DNA of 64,000 bases from an uncultured bacterium (lineage in GTDB: Bacteria; Krumholzibacteriota; Krumholzibacteriia; JACNKJ01), in the NCBI GenBank assembly GCA_963695095.1, contig CAVOFT010000001.1:960001-1024000 (forward strand), given 5' to 3'. The notes below the pieces were generated by a model. It was not told the DNA's origin. It saw only the letters and a program-made list of their open reading frames with translations, and did not search any database. Of the stretch, positions 21,065-33,329 are shown one piece after another (positions within the stretch are counted from its first letter, which is position 1; every line of letters begins with the position of its first letter). Position numbers and translations under genes: made by a program.

Positions 21065-21619
21065 TCACTTCGCCTCTCGCCCCGTCAAGGCGGCCGCCAG
21101 GCGAGACGCTTCCCACTGCTCCACGCGCACGCTTTCGATACGCTGGTCCTCGTGGGGGCGGTCGCTGCCGTCCCGGGGCGAATTCACGATGGCGTCCACC
21201 ACGTCCAGGCCGGCGATGGCCTCCCCGAAGACGCTGTACTGACCGTCCAGGAAGGGCGCGTCGGCGTGCATGATGAAGAACTGGCTGCCGGCGCTGTCCG
21301 GATCCTGGGCGCGCGCCATGGACAGGATGCCCCGCTTGTGCTTGCGCGGGTTGAACTCGGCCGGCAGCTTGGTGCCCGGGCCCTTGTAGCTATGACCGCC
21401 GGTGCCGGGCGAGCCCTTGCCGTCGGGCTTCGTGTTCGGGTCGCCGCCCTGGATCATGAAGCCGGGGATGACCCGGTGGAAGGTGCAGCCGGCGTAGAGG
21501 CCGCTCTCGCTGTGGGCGATGAAGTTCTTCACGTGCTCGGGCGCACTGTCCGGAAAGAAGCGCACCACGATATCGCCCCGCGTGGTGGCTAGGGTGACGA
21601 CGGTCTCGGTCTCGGCCAT
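21065..21619 (-). CDS. Cyclophilin-type peptidyl-prolyl isomerase, cytoplasmic
   Basis: Same motifs; AGGAG RBS; no signal peptide. Confidence 0.93.
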   Translation of the reverse strand: MAETETVVTLATTRGDIVVRFFPDSAPEHVKNFIAHSESGLYAGCTFHRVIPGFMIQGGDPNTKPDGKGSPGTGGHSYKGPGTKLPAEFNPRKHKRGILSMARAQDPDSAGSQFFIMHADAPFLDGQYSVFGEAIAGLDVVDAIVNSPRDGSDRPHEDQRIESVRVEQWEASRLAAALTGREAK

Positions 21620-21854
21620 GTCCTTCTCCTGCTTGGGATTGGCGCAAATACAGGCCGGGAGGCTAGCATCCGCGGCGCGCCGGGTCAAGCCGGCAGGCCC
21701 GTGGCCGAAGCACCTTGCAGTCGCGTCGCTTGCGAAGTAGCCTCCGCCCACCGGCAGGCGCCGGGCTGCGGGCTGCCGAGAGGCTCGCCGCAAGACGGGG
21801 AGGAAGGGGCGCCGTGGGTGATGCCCGCGCGCTCAAGGCCAAGGGGGGATCGAG

Positions 21855-22220
21855 ATGGACGAGACGCCGAGCTATCTCTCGAAGAGCACCGTGAAGAGCT
21901 TCTGGCAGGAGTACCGAGTCTACGCCAACCGCGTCGAGTTCGAGACGCGCTTCGGCCGGATGACCGTGCCCTTTGAGCACGTCGAGGGCATCGAGGTCTC
22001 CGAGTCCGAGGTCAAGGGGCTGCTCAGGGGCGACCTGCATCTGAAGGGATTCCGACCGGCCCTGAAGCTGGATTGGGCCAATTTCCTGGAGCATGTCGTG
22101 CTCGACAAGAACGAAGGCTGGGTTCACCGGCTGCTGTTCACGCCGGACGACCCCGTCGCCTTCAAGGCGGCGGTGGAGGCGGCGCTGTCGCGCTATCGAC
22201 GGACGCAGGCCAAGCAATAG
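21855..22220 (+). CDS. Hypothetical protein (possible PH-like beta fold)
   Basis: Clean ORF with host codon usage and RBS; ends just before metG. Confidence 0.7.
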   Translation: MDETPSYLSKSTVKSFWQEYRVYANRVEFETRFGRMTVPFEHVEGIEVSESEVKGLLRGDLHLKGFRPALKLDWANFLEHVVLDKNEGWVHRLLFTPDDPVAFKAAVEAALSRYRRTQAKQ

Positions 22221-22231
22221 AGGGGAATTCC

Positions 22232-23771
22232 GTGCCGCGCTTCTACGTGACGACGCCGATCTACTACGTCAACGACGAGCCCCACCTGGGCCATGCCTAC
22301 ACCACGGTGCTGGCCGACGTGCTGGCGCGCTACCATCGCCTGCTCGGCGACGCGACGCTCTTTCTCACCGGCACCGACGAGCACGGCCAGAAGGTGCAGC
22401 AGGCGGCCGAGAAGCGGGGGGTGAGCCCCCAGCAGCACTGCGACGAGCTGAGCCCGCGCTTCGCCGAGGTCTGGAAGCGCCTGGGCATCAGCAACGACTT
22501 CTACATCCGCACCACGATGCCCGAGCACAAGGCCGTGGTCCAGCGACTGCTCGCCGCGCTCTGGGACAAGGGCGAGATCTACGCCGCCGACTACGAAGGC
22601 TGGTACGACGTCTCCGAGGAGCGCTTCTACACCGAGAAGGAGCTGGTGGACGGCAAGAGCCCGGCCGGCAACGCCGTGGTCGCCATCCGCGAGAAGAACT
22701 ACTTCTTCCGCATGAGCAAGTACCAGCAGGCGCTGGTCGACCACATCGAGGGCAACCCGCAGCTTCATCGTGCCCGAGAAGCGGGCCAACGAGGTGCTCG
22801 GCTTCCTGCGCCAGCCCCTGGGCGACCTCTGCATCAGCCGGCCCAAGGCGCGCTTGAGCTGGGGGATCACGCTGCCCTTCGACGAAGACTACGTCTGCTA
22901 CGTCTGGTTCGACGCTCTGCTCAATTACTACAGCGCGCTCGGCTTCGGCTTTGCCGGCGACCAGACTGCCGCGTTCTGGCCGGCCGACCTGCACCTGATC
23001 GGCAAGGACATCCTCACCACGCACGCCGTCTACTGGCCGACGATGCTGATGGGCGCCGGCCTGCCGCTGCCCAAGACCATCCTCGCTCACGGCTGGTGGC
23101 TCTTCGGCAGCGAGGGCGAGAAGATGAGCAAGTCCAAGGGCAACGTGGTCAAGCCCCTGGAGACGATGGACGTCTACGGCCGCGACGTGCTGCGCTACTT
23201 CCTCATGCGCGAGATGACGCCGGGGATGGACTCGAGCTTCAGCGAGGGGCTCATCGTCGAGCGCAACAACGGCGAGCTGGCCAACGACATCGGCAACGGG
23301 CTCAACCGCGTCACCAAGCTGGTGGAGACGCACTTCGCCGGCCAGCTGCCCGCGGGCGCTGGCTACGGCGAGGCCGAGCGCGCGCTGAAGCGGCTGGCTG
23401 CCGAGGTGGCGGGCGAGGTGCGCGAGCAGATCGCGCTCTTCCATCCAAACGGGGCCATCCTCGCCGCGCGCCGCCTCTCGGGCGGCGTGAACCGCTACCT
23501 CGAGGAGAAGGCGCCCTGGAAGCGCATCAAGGAAGAGGGCGGCCGCGAGGCGACGGCCGTGACGCTCTACCACGCCGCCGAGGCCCTGCGCATCGTGGGC
23601 AGCCTGCTCTATCCGGTGATGCCCGAGCGCTGCGGTGAGCTGCTGCGCCGCCTCGGCGCGGCCCCCGAGCCCGCGCCTTACGCCGAGAGCCTCGCCTGGG
23701 GCGGGCTGGTGCCTGGGGCGCCGGTCATTTCGGGCGAGCCGCTCTTCCCCCGCTTCGACCCGATCGACTAG
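22232..23771 (+). CDS. metG: Methionine--tRNA ligase, short form; frameshift near 22760
   Basis: FYVTTPIYYVN..HLGH, GTDEHGQK, YVWFDAL, GKDI, KMSKS; no C-terminal tRNA-binding domain. Confidence 0.95.
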
Positions 23772-23836
23772 CGGCGGCAGCCAAGAGAAAGGAGGTGAGG
23801 ACATGGATAGAGCCCGGCCATGAAAGGAGGGCGGCC

Positions 23837-24256
23837 ATGTCCCGCTCACAGAACCCCCATTCCCGCGCCTATCTGCGCCATCAGCGCCGGCGCAGCCTGC
23901 TCCGCCGCTGGCGGCGGTGGCGGCTGCGCTGGTTCCCCGGTGTGCAGCCGCCGAAGAGCATCGAGCAGCTCGATGCCTGGCAAGTCAGGCGCCTGCACCG
24001 CTTCGCGCGGACGCCGATTCTCTGTCCCTGTCACCTCTGTCGGCACTGCAATCCCCGTCGCCGCTACGGCGAGGAGACGCTGCGCGAGGCCTGGGCGGAC
24101 ATCAAGCTCTGGGAAGAGCTCCTCGATGCCGAGACTCCAGACCTGATGCCGCGCCGCCGCTTCAGCTTCCCTCAGGGTCTCACGCGGCAGTTGAGTCGGA
24201 GCCGCCGCTGGCGCCAGCGCGATGACGAGCGGGGAGCGGGGGAATCGCTTGGCTAG
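23837..24256 (+). CDS. Arg-rich hypothetical protein with CxCxxC(xxC)NPRR motif
   Basis: AGGAGG RBS; RAYLRHQR...CPCHLCRHCNPRRRYGEETLRE. Confidence 0.6.
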   Translation: MSRSQNPHSRAYLRHQRRRSLLRRWRRWRLRWFPGVQPPKSIEQLDAWQVRRLHRFARTPILCPCHLCRHCNPRRRYGEETLREAWADIKLWEELLDAETPDLMPRRRFSFPQGLTRQLSRSRRWRQRDDERGAGESLG

Positions 24257-24423
24257 CCGGCGCTCAGGCGTCGGCAACGCCGGCCGAGGTGGCGACGATC
24301 GTCAGTTGGGACTTGCTCTCGTAGCGCAGCGGGCTAGAATCGGAGCTTGTCGCAGCGCCGGGCCCCTCCCGCCCGCCCGGCCGCGGCCCCACCCAGCCTT
24401 GCGCCTGTCCCCAGGAGGAGACC

Positions 24424-27303
<2,880 letters not shown>

Positions 27304-27349
27304 GGCCGGTCGCCCGCCTGGCGGGGCAAGCGCCGGTGCTAGCCTGCGC

Positions 27350-27535
27350 TCAGGCGGGGATGTAGCAGTTGACGCCGAGCTTCACGGGCTTGCCGTCGAG
27401 TTCGCCGACGGTGACGTTGCCCTGCGTGCTGCCGATCACCTGGGACTTGCCCGAGGCCGAGGCCGTGCGAGGCGCATCCAGCTTAATGGTGATCGTCAGC
27501 AGGTTGCCGACTAGCTTGGTCTCGATGTTCTGCAT
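27350..27535 (-). CDS. Small hypothetical protein (61 aa)
   Basis: MQNIETKLVGNLLTITIKL...SASGKSQVIGSTQGN...KLGVNCY; GGAAGG RBS right after terC. Confidence 0.75.
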   Translation of the reverse strand: MQNIETKLVGNLLTITIKLDAPRTASASGKSQVIGSTQGNVTVGELDGKPVKLGVNCYIPA

Positions 27536-27549
27536 GGCGAGCCTTCCGG

Positions 27550-28638
27550 TCAGGGATGGGTGTTGGGGGGCGCGTGCTGCCCGCCGGCTGCCGGCTGCCG
27601 GCGCAGGGAGGCGAGCACGCCCGTCGCCAGGATGAGCAGCACCACGGCGAGCAGGTAGAGGTTGAAGCCCTCGCCGAGGGCCGCCTTCAGCCACTTCGCC
27701 ACCATCATCTTCACGCCGACCACCATTAGCACGATCGCGAGCGCAAGCTTGAGGTAGTGGAAGCGGTGGATCAGTCCCGCCAGCGCGAAGTAGAGCGAGC
27801 GCAGGCCGAGGATGGCGAACACGTTGGAGGTGAAGACGAGGAAGGGATCGGCCGTGATCGCGAAGATGGCCGGGATCGAGTCGACGGCGAAGATGAGGTC
27901 CGTGACCTCGACCATGATCAGCGCCAGGGCCAGCGGGGTCAGCATCCACTTGCCGACCGCGGTGCGCTCGACGGTCTCGTCGCGCTCGGCGGCGCCGCCC
28001 GGCAGGGCCGCCTCATGGGAAGCCTTGCTGCCCGCCCGCAGCAGGAAGCGCTGGCCGTGGAAGCCGTCGGTGACCGGGAAGAGCCGCCGCGCCAGCTTCA
28101 CCACCGGATTGCGGCTGAGGTCGCCGCCCGTCTCCTTGGCCGCGAGCATCTTGAGGCCGGTGAGCACGAGGAAGCCGCCGAAAAGGTAGAGGATCCAGTG
28201 GAAGCGATCGATCAGCGCGCTGCCGATGGCGATCATCGCCCCTCGCATGACGAGTGCGCCCAGGATGCCCCAGAAGAGCACGCGGTGCTGGTAGAGCGCG
28301 GGTACGCCGAAGAAGCCGAAGATCATCACGATGACGAAGATGTTGTCGATGCTCAGCGATTTCTCGACCACGTAGCCCGTGAGGTACTTGACCGCGGCGC
28401 TGGCGCCGTCGTTGGCGAGGCCGTCCACGGCGTCCACGCCCCTGCCCAGTCCGAACCACTGCGCTTCGTAACCGAAGTAGATGAAGACGGAGAACGCCAG
28501 GCCGAGGGAGATCCAGACCGCCGACCAGCCCAGCGCCTCGCGCACGCTGACCACGTGGGCGTGGCGGTGGAAGACGCCGAGGTCCAGGGCGAGCAGCAAG
28601 AGCACGAAGCCGACGAAGGCAGCCCAGACAATCAGCAT
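27550..28638 (-). CDS. TerC/Alx family membrane protein
   Basis: VEKSLSIDN, QHRVLFWG, DLIFAVDSIPA, SNVFAILGLR. Confidence 0.93.
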   Translation of the reverse strand: MLIVWAAFVGFVLLLLALDLGVFHRHAHVVSVREALGWSAVWISLGLAFSVFIYFGYEAQWFGLGRGVDAVDGLANDGASAAVKYLTGYVVEKSLSIDNIFVIVMIFGFFGVPALYQHRVLFWGILGALVMRGAMIAIGSALIDRFHWILYLFGGFLVLTGLKMLAAKETGGDLSRNPVVKLARRLFPVTDGFHGQRFLLRAGSKASHEAALPGGAAERDETVERTAVGKWMLTPLALALIMVEVTDLIFAVDSIPAIFAITADPFLVFTSNVFAILGLRSLYFALAGLIHRFHYLKLALAIVLMVVGVKMMVAKWLKAALGEGFNLYLLAVVLLILATGVLASLRRQPAAGGQHAPPNTHP

Positions 28639-28775
28639 CGAGAAGGCACCTCCAGGTCCAGCCCCAGCGGAGCGCGTGCATCGCCGGGGGGGAAGCGCTA
28701 TGATCGGCCAGTCCGGGCCTGAGCGCCAGTCCGATCGTCACTGTCCCCTCCGCCCAGAGCATCCAGGAGATCATC

Positions 28776-31700
28776 ATGCGGAATCGCCGCTTCGCCTTCG
28801 CGCTTGGCTTCGGCCTCGCCCTCGCCGCCGTGGCGCCTGCCGCCGCCCAGGTTGCGGGCCTCGACTCGCTCGCGAGCGCCGCCCTCCTGCGCGGGCTCGA
28901 GCTCCTCGAGTTGCGCCCCGAGGAGCTGGGCTTCGACAAGTTTTACGCCCCGGACGACACCTTCCGGCTCGCTGCCGTCGAAGCGGTCATGGCCGACCCG
29001 CTCTCCCTGCCCGCCTGGCAGGACGCCCTCGTTGCCGACCTCACGGCGGCCCAGGGCGATCCCGCGGCGCTGCTCGCACGGCTCGGCAACCTGCTAGCGG
29101 TGGAGCCGCCGGTTCAACCGGCCGGACTCCCCGCGCCGGGCGCCTTTCCGCTGCCGAGGCCCGCAGTCAGCGCCTGGCTGCCCGCCCCCGGGGGCGGCTC
29201 AGCGGCGGCCCCAGCAGCCGGCGCCCGCGCGGAGAAGCGCCGCGGCGCCCGCGCCCAGCGCAAGCAGCTCGAGCGCGCCGTCGATGCCTTCGTGGATTCG
29301 TTGCGCGCTGCCGAGCGCGATCTGGAGCGCGCCTTCGCCGGCCTCTCGGCCAGCGATCGCGATAGCCTGCTGCTCATCGCGCCCGCCTTCTGGGCCGGCT
29401 GGGACAGCGAGGATCCCACGGCGCTTGCCCTCCGCGGCGCGCTGCACCGCGAGTGCGGCGTCGCCGCCGACACCGTGGGCCTCGCCATCGACGAGAACCT
29501 GATCCTCGATCTCGCCGCCCGCGTGGACCGCGCGGCGCTGATCGGCGCCGCCCAGCGCTTCCAGGCGGCGCTGGCCGCCCTGCTGGCCGCGGGTGATCCG
29601 GCCGCGCCGCTGCCCGCTCGCAAGCACATGGAGGGCGTCACCGGCACCATCGTCGGCGCCCGCGAGACGCCCTGGGGTTTGCTCGTCCTCGGTGGCCCCG
29701 AACCCAATCGCTACGAGCCGGCTGCGCTCGCGCGGATCGCCTTCCTCATCGAGCCCGGTGGCAACGATGTCTACGAGGGCCGCGCGGCCTCGGCCCTGGG
29801 CGGTCTGACGCGGTCCTTCGGCGCCCTGGTGGATCTGGCCGGCAACGACCTCTACGACGCAGGCGCGGGCGCCTTCGCCCTCGGCGGCGCCCTGCTCGGC
29901 GTGGCGGCCCTGGTCGACGCCGCCGGCGACGACGTCTACCGCGGCGGCGACGGCACCCTGGGCGCGGGCTTTTTCGGCGTCGGCCTGCTCGCCGACCTCG
30001 CCGGCGCGGACAGCTTCACGGGCGGCGACTTCTGCCAGGGCGCGGGCGCCGTCGGCCTCGGCCTGCTGGTCTCGACCAGCGGCGAGGCGGCGCCGCCCGG
30101 CCCGCCGCCCACGCCGGACCCGGCCTTCGCCGCCGGCCTGCGCAAGGTGCCGCCCACTGCGGCCCTGCCGGTCCGCTACGACGACAACGACGACTACCGC
30201 GCCGCCCGCTACGCCCAGGGCTTCGCCTCGACGCTGGGCGTGGGCCTCCTGCTCGACGCCCACGGCAACGAGGGCTACCGTACGGGCGGCCGCCACCTCT
30301 TCGGCTATCACCTGCCCAACGACTTCCAGTCGCTGGCCCAGGGCTTTTCGATCGGCATGCGGGCGCGGGCGGCCGGCGGCATCGGCATCCTCATCGACGA
30401 GGAGGGCAACGACGCCTACATCGGCGAGGCCTATGCGCAGGGCGTGGGCTACTGGTACTCGCTGGGGCTGCTCCACGATGGCGGCGGCAACGACGCCTAC
30501 CACGCCGTGCACTACGCGCAGGGCGCCGGCGTGCACCTCGCGATCGGCTCGCTGCGCGATCGCGGCGGCGACGACATCTACGCCTGCCGCTGGGGCGTCA
30601 CGCAAGGCGTCGCGCACGACCTTGGGCTGGGCATGCTGCTGGACGAGGGCGGCAACGACTACTACCTCGTCAACAACGGCCAGGGCGAGAGCATCACCAA
30701 CTCCGTGGGCCTGTTCATCGACGCGGGCGGCAACGACTTCTACGCCACCTTCGCCGGCGGCCAGGGGCGCGGCCTGCGCGCCCGCGAGTTCGCCGGCCCC
30801 GGCATCTTTCTCGACCTCGAGGGCAAGGACGTCTACGGCCCCGGCTCGCCGGGCGCCGATGGCGGCGTCTGGGTGCAGGACGCCTTCGGCGTCGGCGTGG
30901 ACCTGGCCCGCGAGCTGACCCTGCCCGAGGAGGCGCCGCCCGCTGCTGTCCCCACGCGCGAGGACTCGCTGCGCAGCCTGGACGCCCTCTTCGCCGACGC
31001 CTCGCTCTGGGAAGTGCTCGCCACGCGCGAGCGGGTGCGCAAGGCGCGGGCCGTGCTGATCGCGCGCGGGGATGAAGCCATCGACTACCTCGTCGCCAAG
31101 CAGCTGCCGCACCGCGACGCCTCCGCCCGCGACGCCATCGCCGAGATCGCGCGGGCCCACCCCGACCGCTTTGCCCAGCTGGCCGGCGCGCGCGTGGCTG
31201 CGGGAGACGCCACCCTGCGCGAATCGATCGCCCTGCTGCTCGGCCGCGCCCGTGGCCGGGCGGGGGCGCCGATCCTGGCCCTCATGCTGGCCGACTCGAC
31301 CAATGCGAAGTTCCGCCATGGGATCATCACGGCCCTGGGCGAGGTCGGGGACGCGGCGACCGCGCCCGCCATTCGCCCCTACCTCGGCGACCCCGCCGAG
31401 CGCACGCGCATTCGCGCCGTGGCCGCGCTGGCTGCCCTCGAGGACGAGGCGGCGCTGCCGGAGCTCGTCGCCCGCTTCGCGGATCCGGCGCTCACCGTGC
31501 GGAATGCCGTGGCGCTGGGCCTGGAGCGCTTCGGGGCGCCCGCCGTGGCTCCGCTGGTGGAGAGCCTCGCGGGTGGAGCGGAGGCCGACCACCCTGCGCT
31601 CCGCCTGCGCACGCTGGGCCGCCTGGCGCTGGCGCTCGCGGCTACGGAGGACGCCGCCGCGCGGGCCGCCCTGGCACAGGCGCTCGGCGCGTTGCAGGCG

Positions 31701-31796
31701 GCGCGGGAGAATGCCGGGGCCAGCGAAGCCGCGCGGCTGGCCGCTCACGACGCCCTGCGGGCCCTGCAGCCGGCGGCCGCCCGGGGTGGCCAGTAG
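28776..31796 (+). CDS. Large secreted protein with about 12 DxxGND/DxY repeats and C-terminal HEAT-like repeats
   Basis: Signal peptide; repeats such as DLAGNDLY, DEEGNDAY, DAGGNDFY; ALGEVGD and VRNAVALGL HEAT-like helices. Confidence 0.8.
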   Translation: MRNRRFAFALGFGLALAAVAPAAAQVAGLDSLASAALLRGLELLELRPEELGFDKFYAPDDTFRLAAVEAVMADPLSLPAWQDALVADLTAAQGDPAALLARLGNLLAVEPPVQPAGLPAPGAFPLPRPAVSAWLPAPGGGSAAAPAAGARAEKRRGARAQRKQLERAVDAFVDSLRAAERDLERAFAGLSASDRDSLLLIAPAFWAGWDSEDPTALALRGALHRECGVAADTVGLAIDENLILDLAARVDRAALIGAAQRFQAALAALLAAGDPAAPLPARKHMEGVTGTIVGARETPWGLLVLGGPEPNRYEPAALARIAFLIEPGGNDVYEGRAASALGGLTRSFGALVDLAGNDLYDAGAGAFALGGALLGVAALVDAAGDDVYRGGDGTLGAGFFGVGLLADLAGADSFTGGDFCQGAGAVGLGLLVSTSGEAAPPGPPPTPDPAFAAGLRKVPPTAALPVRYDDNDDYRAARYAQGFASTLGVGLLLDAHGNEGYRTGGRHLFGYHLPNDFQSLAQGFSIGMRARAAGGIGILIDEEGNDAYIGEAYAQGVGYWYSLGLLHDGGGNDAYHAVHYAQGAGVHLAIGSLRDRGGDDIYACRWGVTQGVAHDLGLGMLLDEGGNDYYLVNNGQGESITNSVGLFIDAGGNDFYATFAGGQGRGLRAREFAGPGIFLDLEGKDVYGPGSPGADGGVWVQDAFGVGVDLARELTLPEEAPPAAVPTREDSLRSLDALFADASLWEVLATRERVRKARAVLIARGDEAIDYLVAKQLPHRDASARDAIAEIARAHPDRFAQLAGARVAAGDATLRESIALLLGRARGRAGAPILALMLADSTNAKFRHGIITALGEVGDAATAPAIRPYLGDPAERTRIRAVAALAALEDEAALPELVARFADPALTVRNAVALGLERFGAPAVAPLVESLAGGAEADHPALRLRTLGRLALALAATEDAAARAALAQALGALQAARENAGASEAARLAAHDALRALQPAAARGGQ

Positions 31797-31821
31797 AAAG
31801 CCGGATCCCTTCGGATCCGGC
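31796..31821 (-). terminator. Terminator hairpin between convergent genes
   Basis: gccggatcc-cttc-ggatccggc with a U-tract on the minus strand. Confidence 0.7.
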
Positions 31822-31902
31822 CACCACAGGAAACTCCCCTCGGCGCCGCGCAAAGGAGACCTTGGCTGAAACCATGCTCCGGTGGTAGGCGACTCGGGAA
31901 CG
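31796..31902 (-). ncRNA. Candidate small RNA of about 105 nt
   Basis: Minus-strand TGGACA-17 bp-CACACT promoter (31936-31908), then a pairable segment ending in the terminator; no family recognised. Confidence 0.3.
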
Positions 31903-31966
31903 GAGAAAGTGTGACAGGTGGCGCCGGCCCTGTCCAGTGCGGCGCTCCACCCGGGTCCGACAAGCC

Positions 31967-33286
31967 CTACTCGGCGACGGCAGGGGCGGGCCCGGCCAGG
32001 TGCCGCAGGCGCAGCAGGATGAGCAGGGTCTCGACCGTCTCGCTGCCCATGAGCAGCAGCGTGCCCAGGAGCGCGCCGTTCCAGGCGGGGCGATCCGCCA
32101 CCAGCGCGAAGCCCACGACCACCACCAGGATCAGCTTCACGAGACTGGCGACGCCAATGCTCGCCGTGCGTTCCTGCGCCATCAGGTAGCCCGAGCTGAT
32201 CGTGCGCAGGCCCAGCGTGATCGGCTGGTAGGGGATCCAGAGCATGGCGGCCGCGACGGCGGCGTAGAGCGGTCCCGCCGGCGGCAGCGAGAAGAGCCGC
32301 TCCAGGCAGATGCCGAGCAGGGGCGTCCACACGCAGGCGGCCACGCTGAGCACGAAGAGCACGATGGTGGCCAGGCCGAAGCGCATCAGCACCGGCAGGT
32401 CCTCGCGGCGCTTGCCGAGCACGGCGGCGGTGCTGGCGAAGGCCCAGAGCGGCGAGGCCGCCAGCAGGAGCAGGGGGAAGACGAGGCCGAAGCCGGCCAG
32501 GGCGAGGTCGGGCGCCGCCGTGCGGCCGACGATGGCGTTGAGCACGGGTCGCATCGCCGACCAGGTCACCGCGTTGACCATCAGGGGTCCCGTGAAGGCC
32601 CAGAGCCGCCGCCAGGCGACGGGCGCGTCGAACTCGGGGCCGTCCACGCCCGGCGCCTGCCGGCGCAGGAGCTGGCGGCCCCGCCAGCCCATGGCGAGGG
32701 TCTCGACGGCGATGGCGATCGTCAGCGCGGCGGCGCTGATGAAGGCGCCCGAGAGCCGTCCGGCGCCGGCCGCCCCCAGCAGCAGGGCGGCCAGGGCGGC
32801 CAGGCGCAGCAGCGTGGCCACGCCGATCGCCCGCGTGTCGCGCTGGCGCATCACGATCCCCTGGAAGTGGGCGCGCAGGGCGAGCAGGATGGGGATCGGC
32901 CACTGGGCGAGGGCCACCTGCTGGGCCAGGCGCGATGCGGCCGGACTGGCGCCCATCGAGCGCTCGATCAGCGTCGCTCCCCCGGGAGCGAGGCCCAGGG
33001 CGAGCTCGAGGAGGGCGAGTGCCGCAGCGAGGGCGAGCTGCTTGCCGAGCAGGCTGCGGCGGGCCAGCGGTCCGACCCCGAGCACGGCGTTGGTCTGCAC
33101 GAAGGGATAGAGCGGCGAGTTGAGGAAGACCAGCAGGCCGAAGCCCACGGCGTAGGCGGCGAGCTGCGTGGCGGGATCCTCGCAGCGCCCCAGCGCCATG
33201 TTGATGAGCGGGCCGGCCAGGGTCAGCATCTGGCTGGTCAGGACGAGCGGCCAGTAGAAGTCGAAGATCTGCCGCTGCCTGAGCAT
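31967..33286 (-). CDS. MATE/MOP superfamily membrane transporter
   Basis: About 12 hydrophobic segments with internal duplication; LAAYAV and LAGFGLV motifs. Confidence 0.75.
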   Translation of the reverse strand: MLRQRQIFDFYWPLVLTSQMLTLAGPLINMALGRCEDPATQLAAYAVGFGLLVFLNSPLYPFVQTNAVLGVGPLARRSLLGKQLALAAALALLELALGLAPGGATLIERSMGASPAASRLAQQVALAQWPIPILLALRAHFQGIVMRQRDTRAIGVATLLRLAALAALLLGAAGAGRLSGAFISAAALTIAIAVETLAMGWRGRQLLRRQAPGVDGPEFDAPVAWRRLWAFTGPLMVNAVTWSAMRPVLNAIVGRTAAPDLALAGFGLVFPLLLLAASPLWAFASTAAVLGKRREDLPVLMRFGLATIVLFVLSVAACVWTPLLGICLERLFSLPPAGPLYAAVAAAMLWIPYQPITLGLRTISSGYLMAQERTASIGVASLVKLILVVVVGFALVADRPAWNGALLGTLLLMGSETVETLLILLRLRHLAGPAPAVAE

Positions 33287-33329
33287 GCTGCCTCGCGCGG
33301 GCCTGTGGGGAGGTGGCGCCCGCCGGGGG

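Noticed and set aside
28639..28775. yybP-ykoY manganese riboswitch upstream of terC
   Set aside because: Expected for this family, but I could not find the characteristic conserved segments; the region looks like a short divergent promoter
31822..31895. c-di-GMP-I riboswitch-like words (CGCAAAG, AAACCA) on the plus strand
   Set aside because: No GNRA-capped P2 stem and no downstream gene in that orientation
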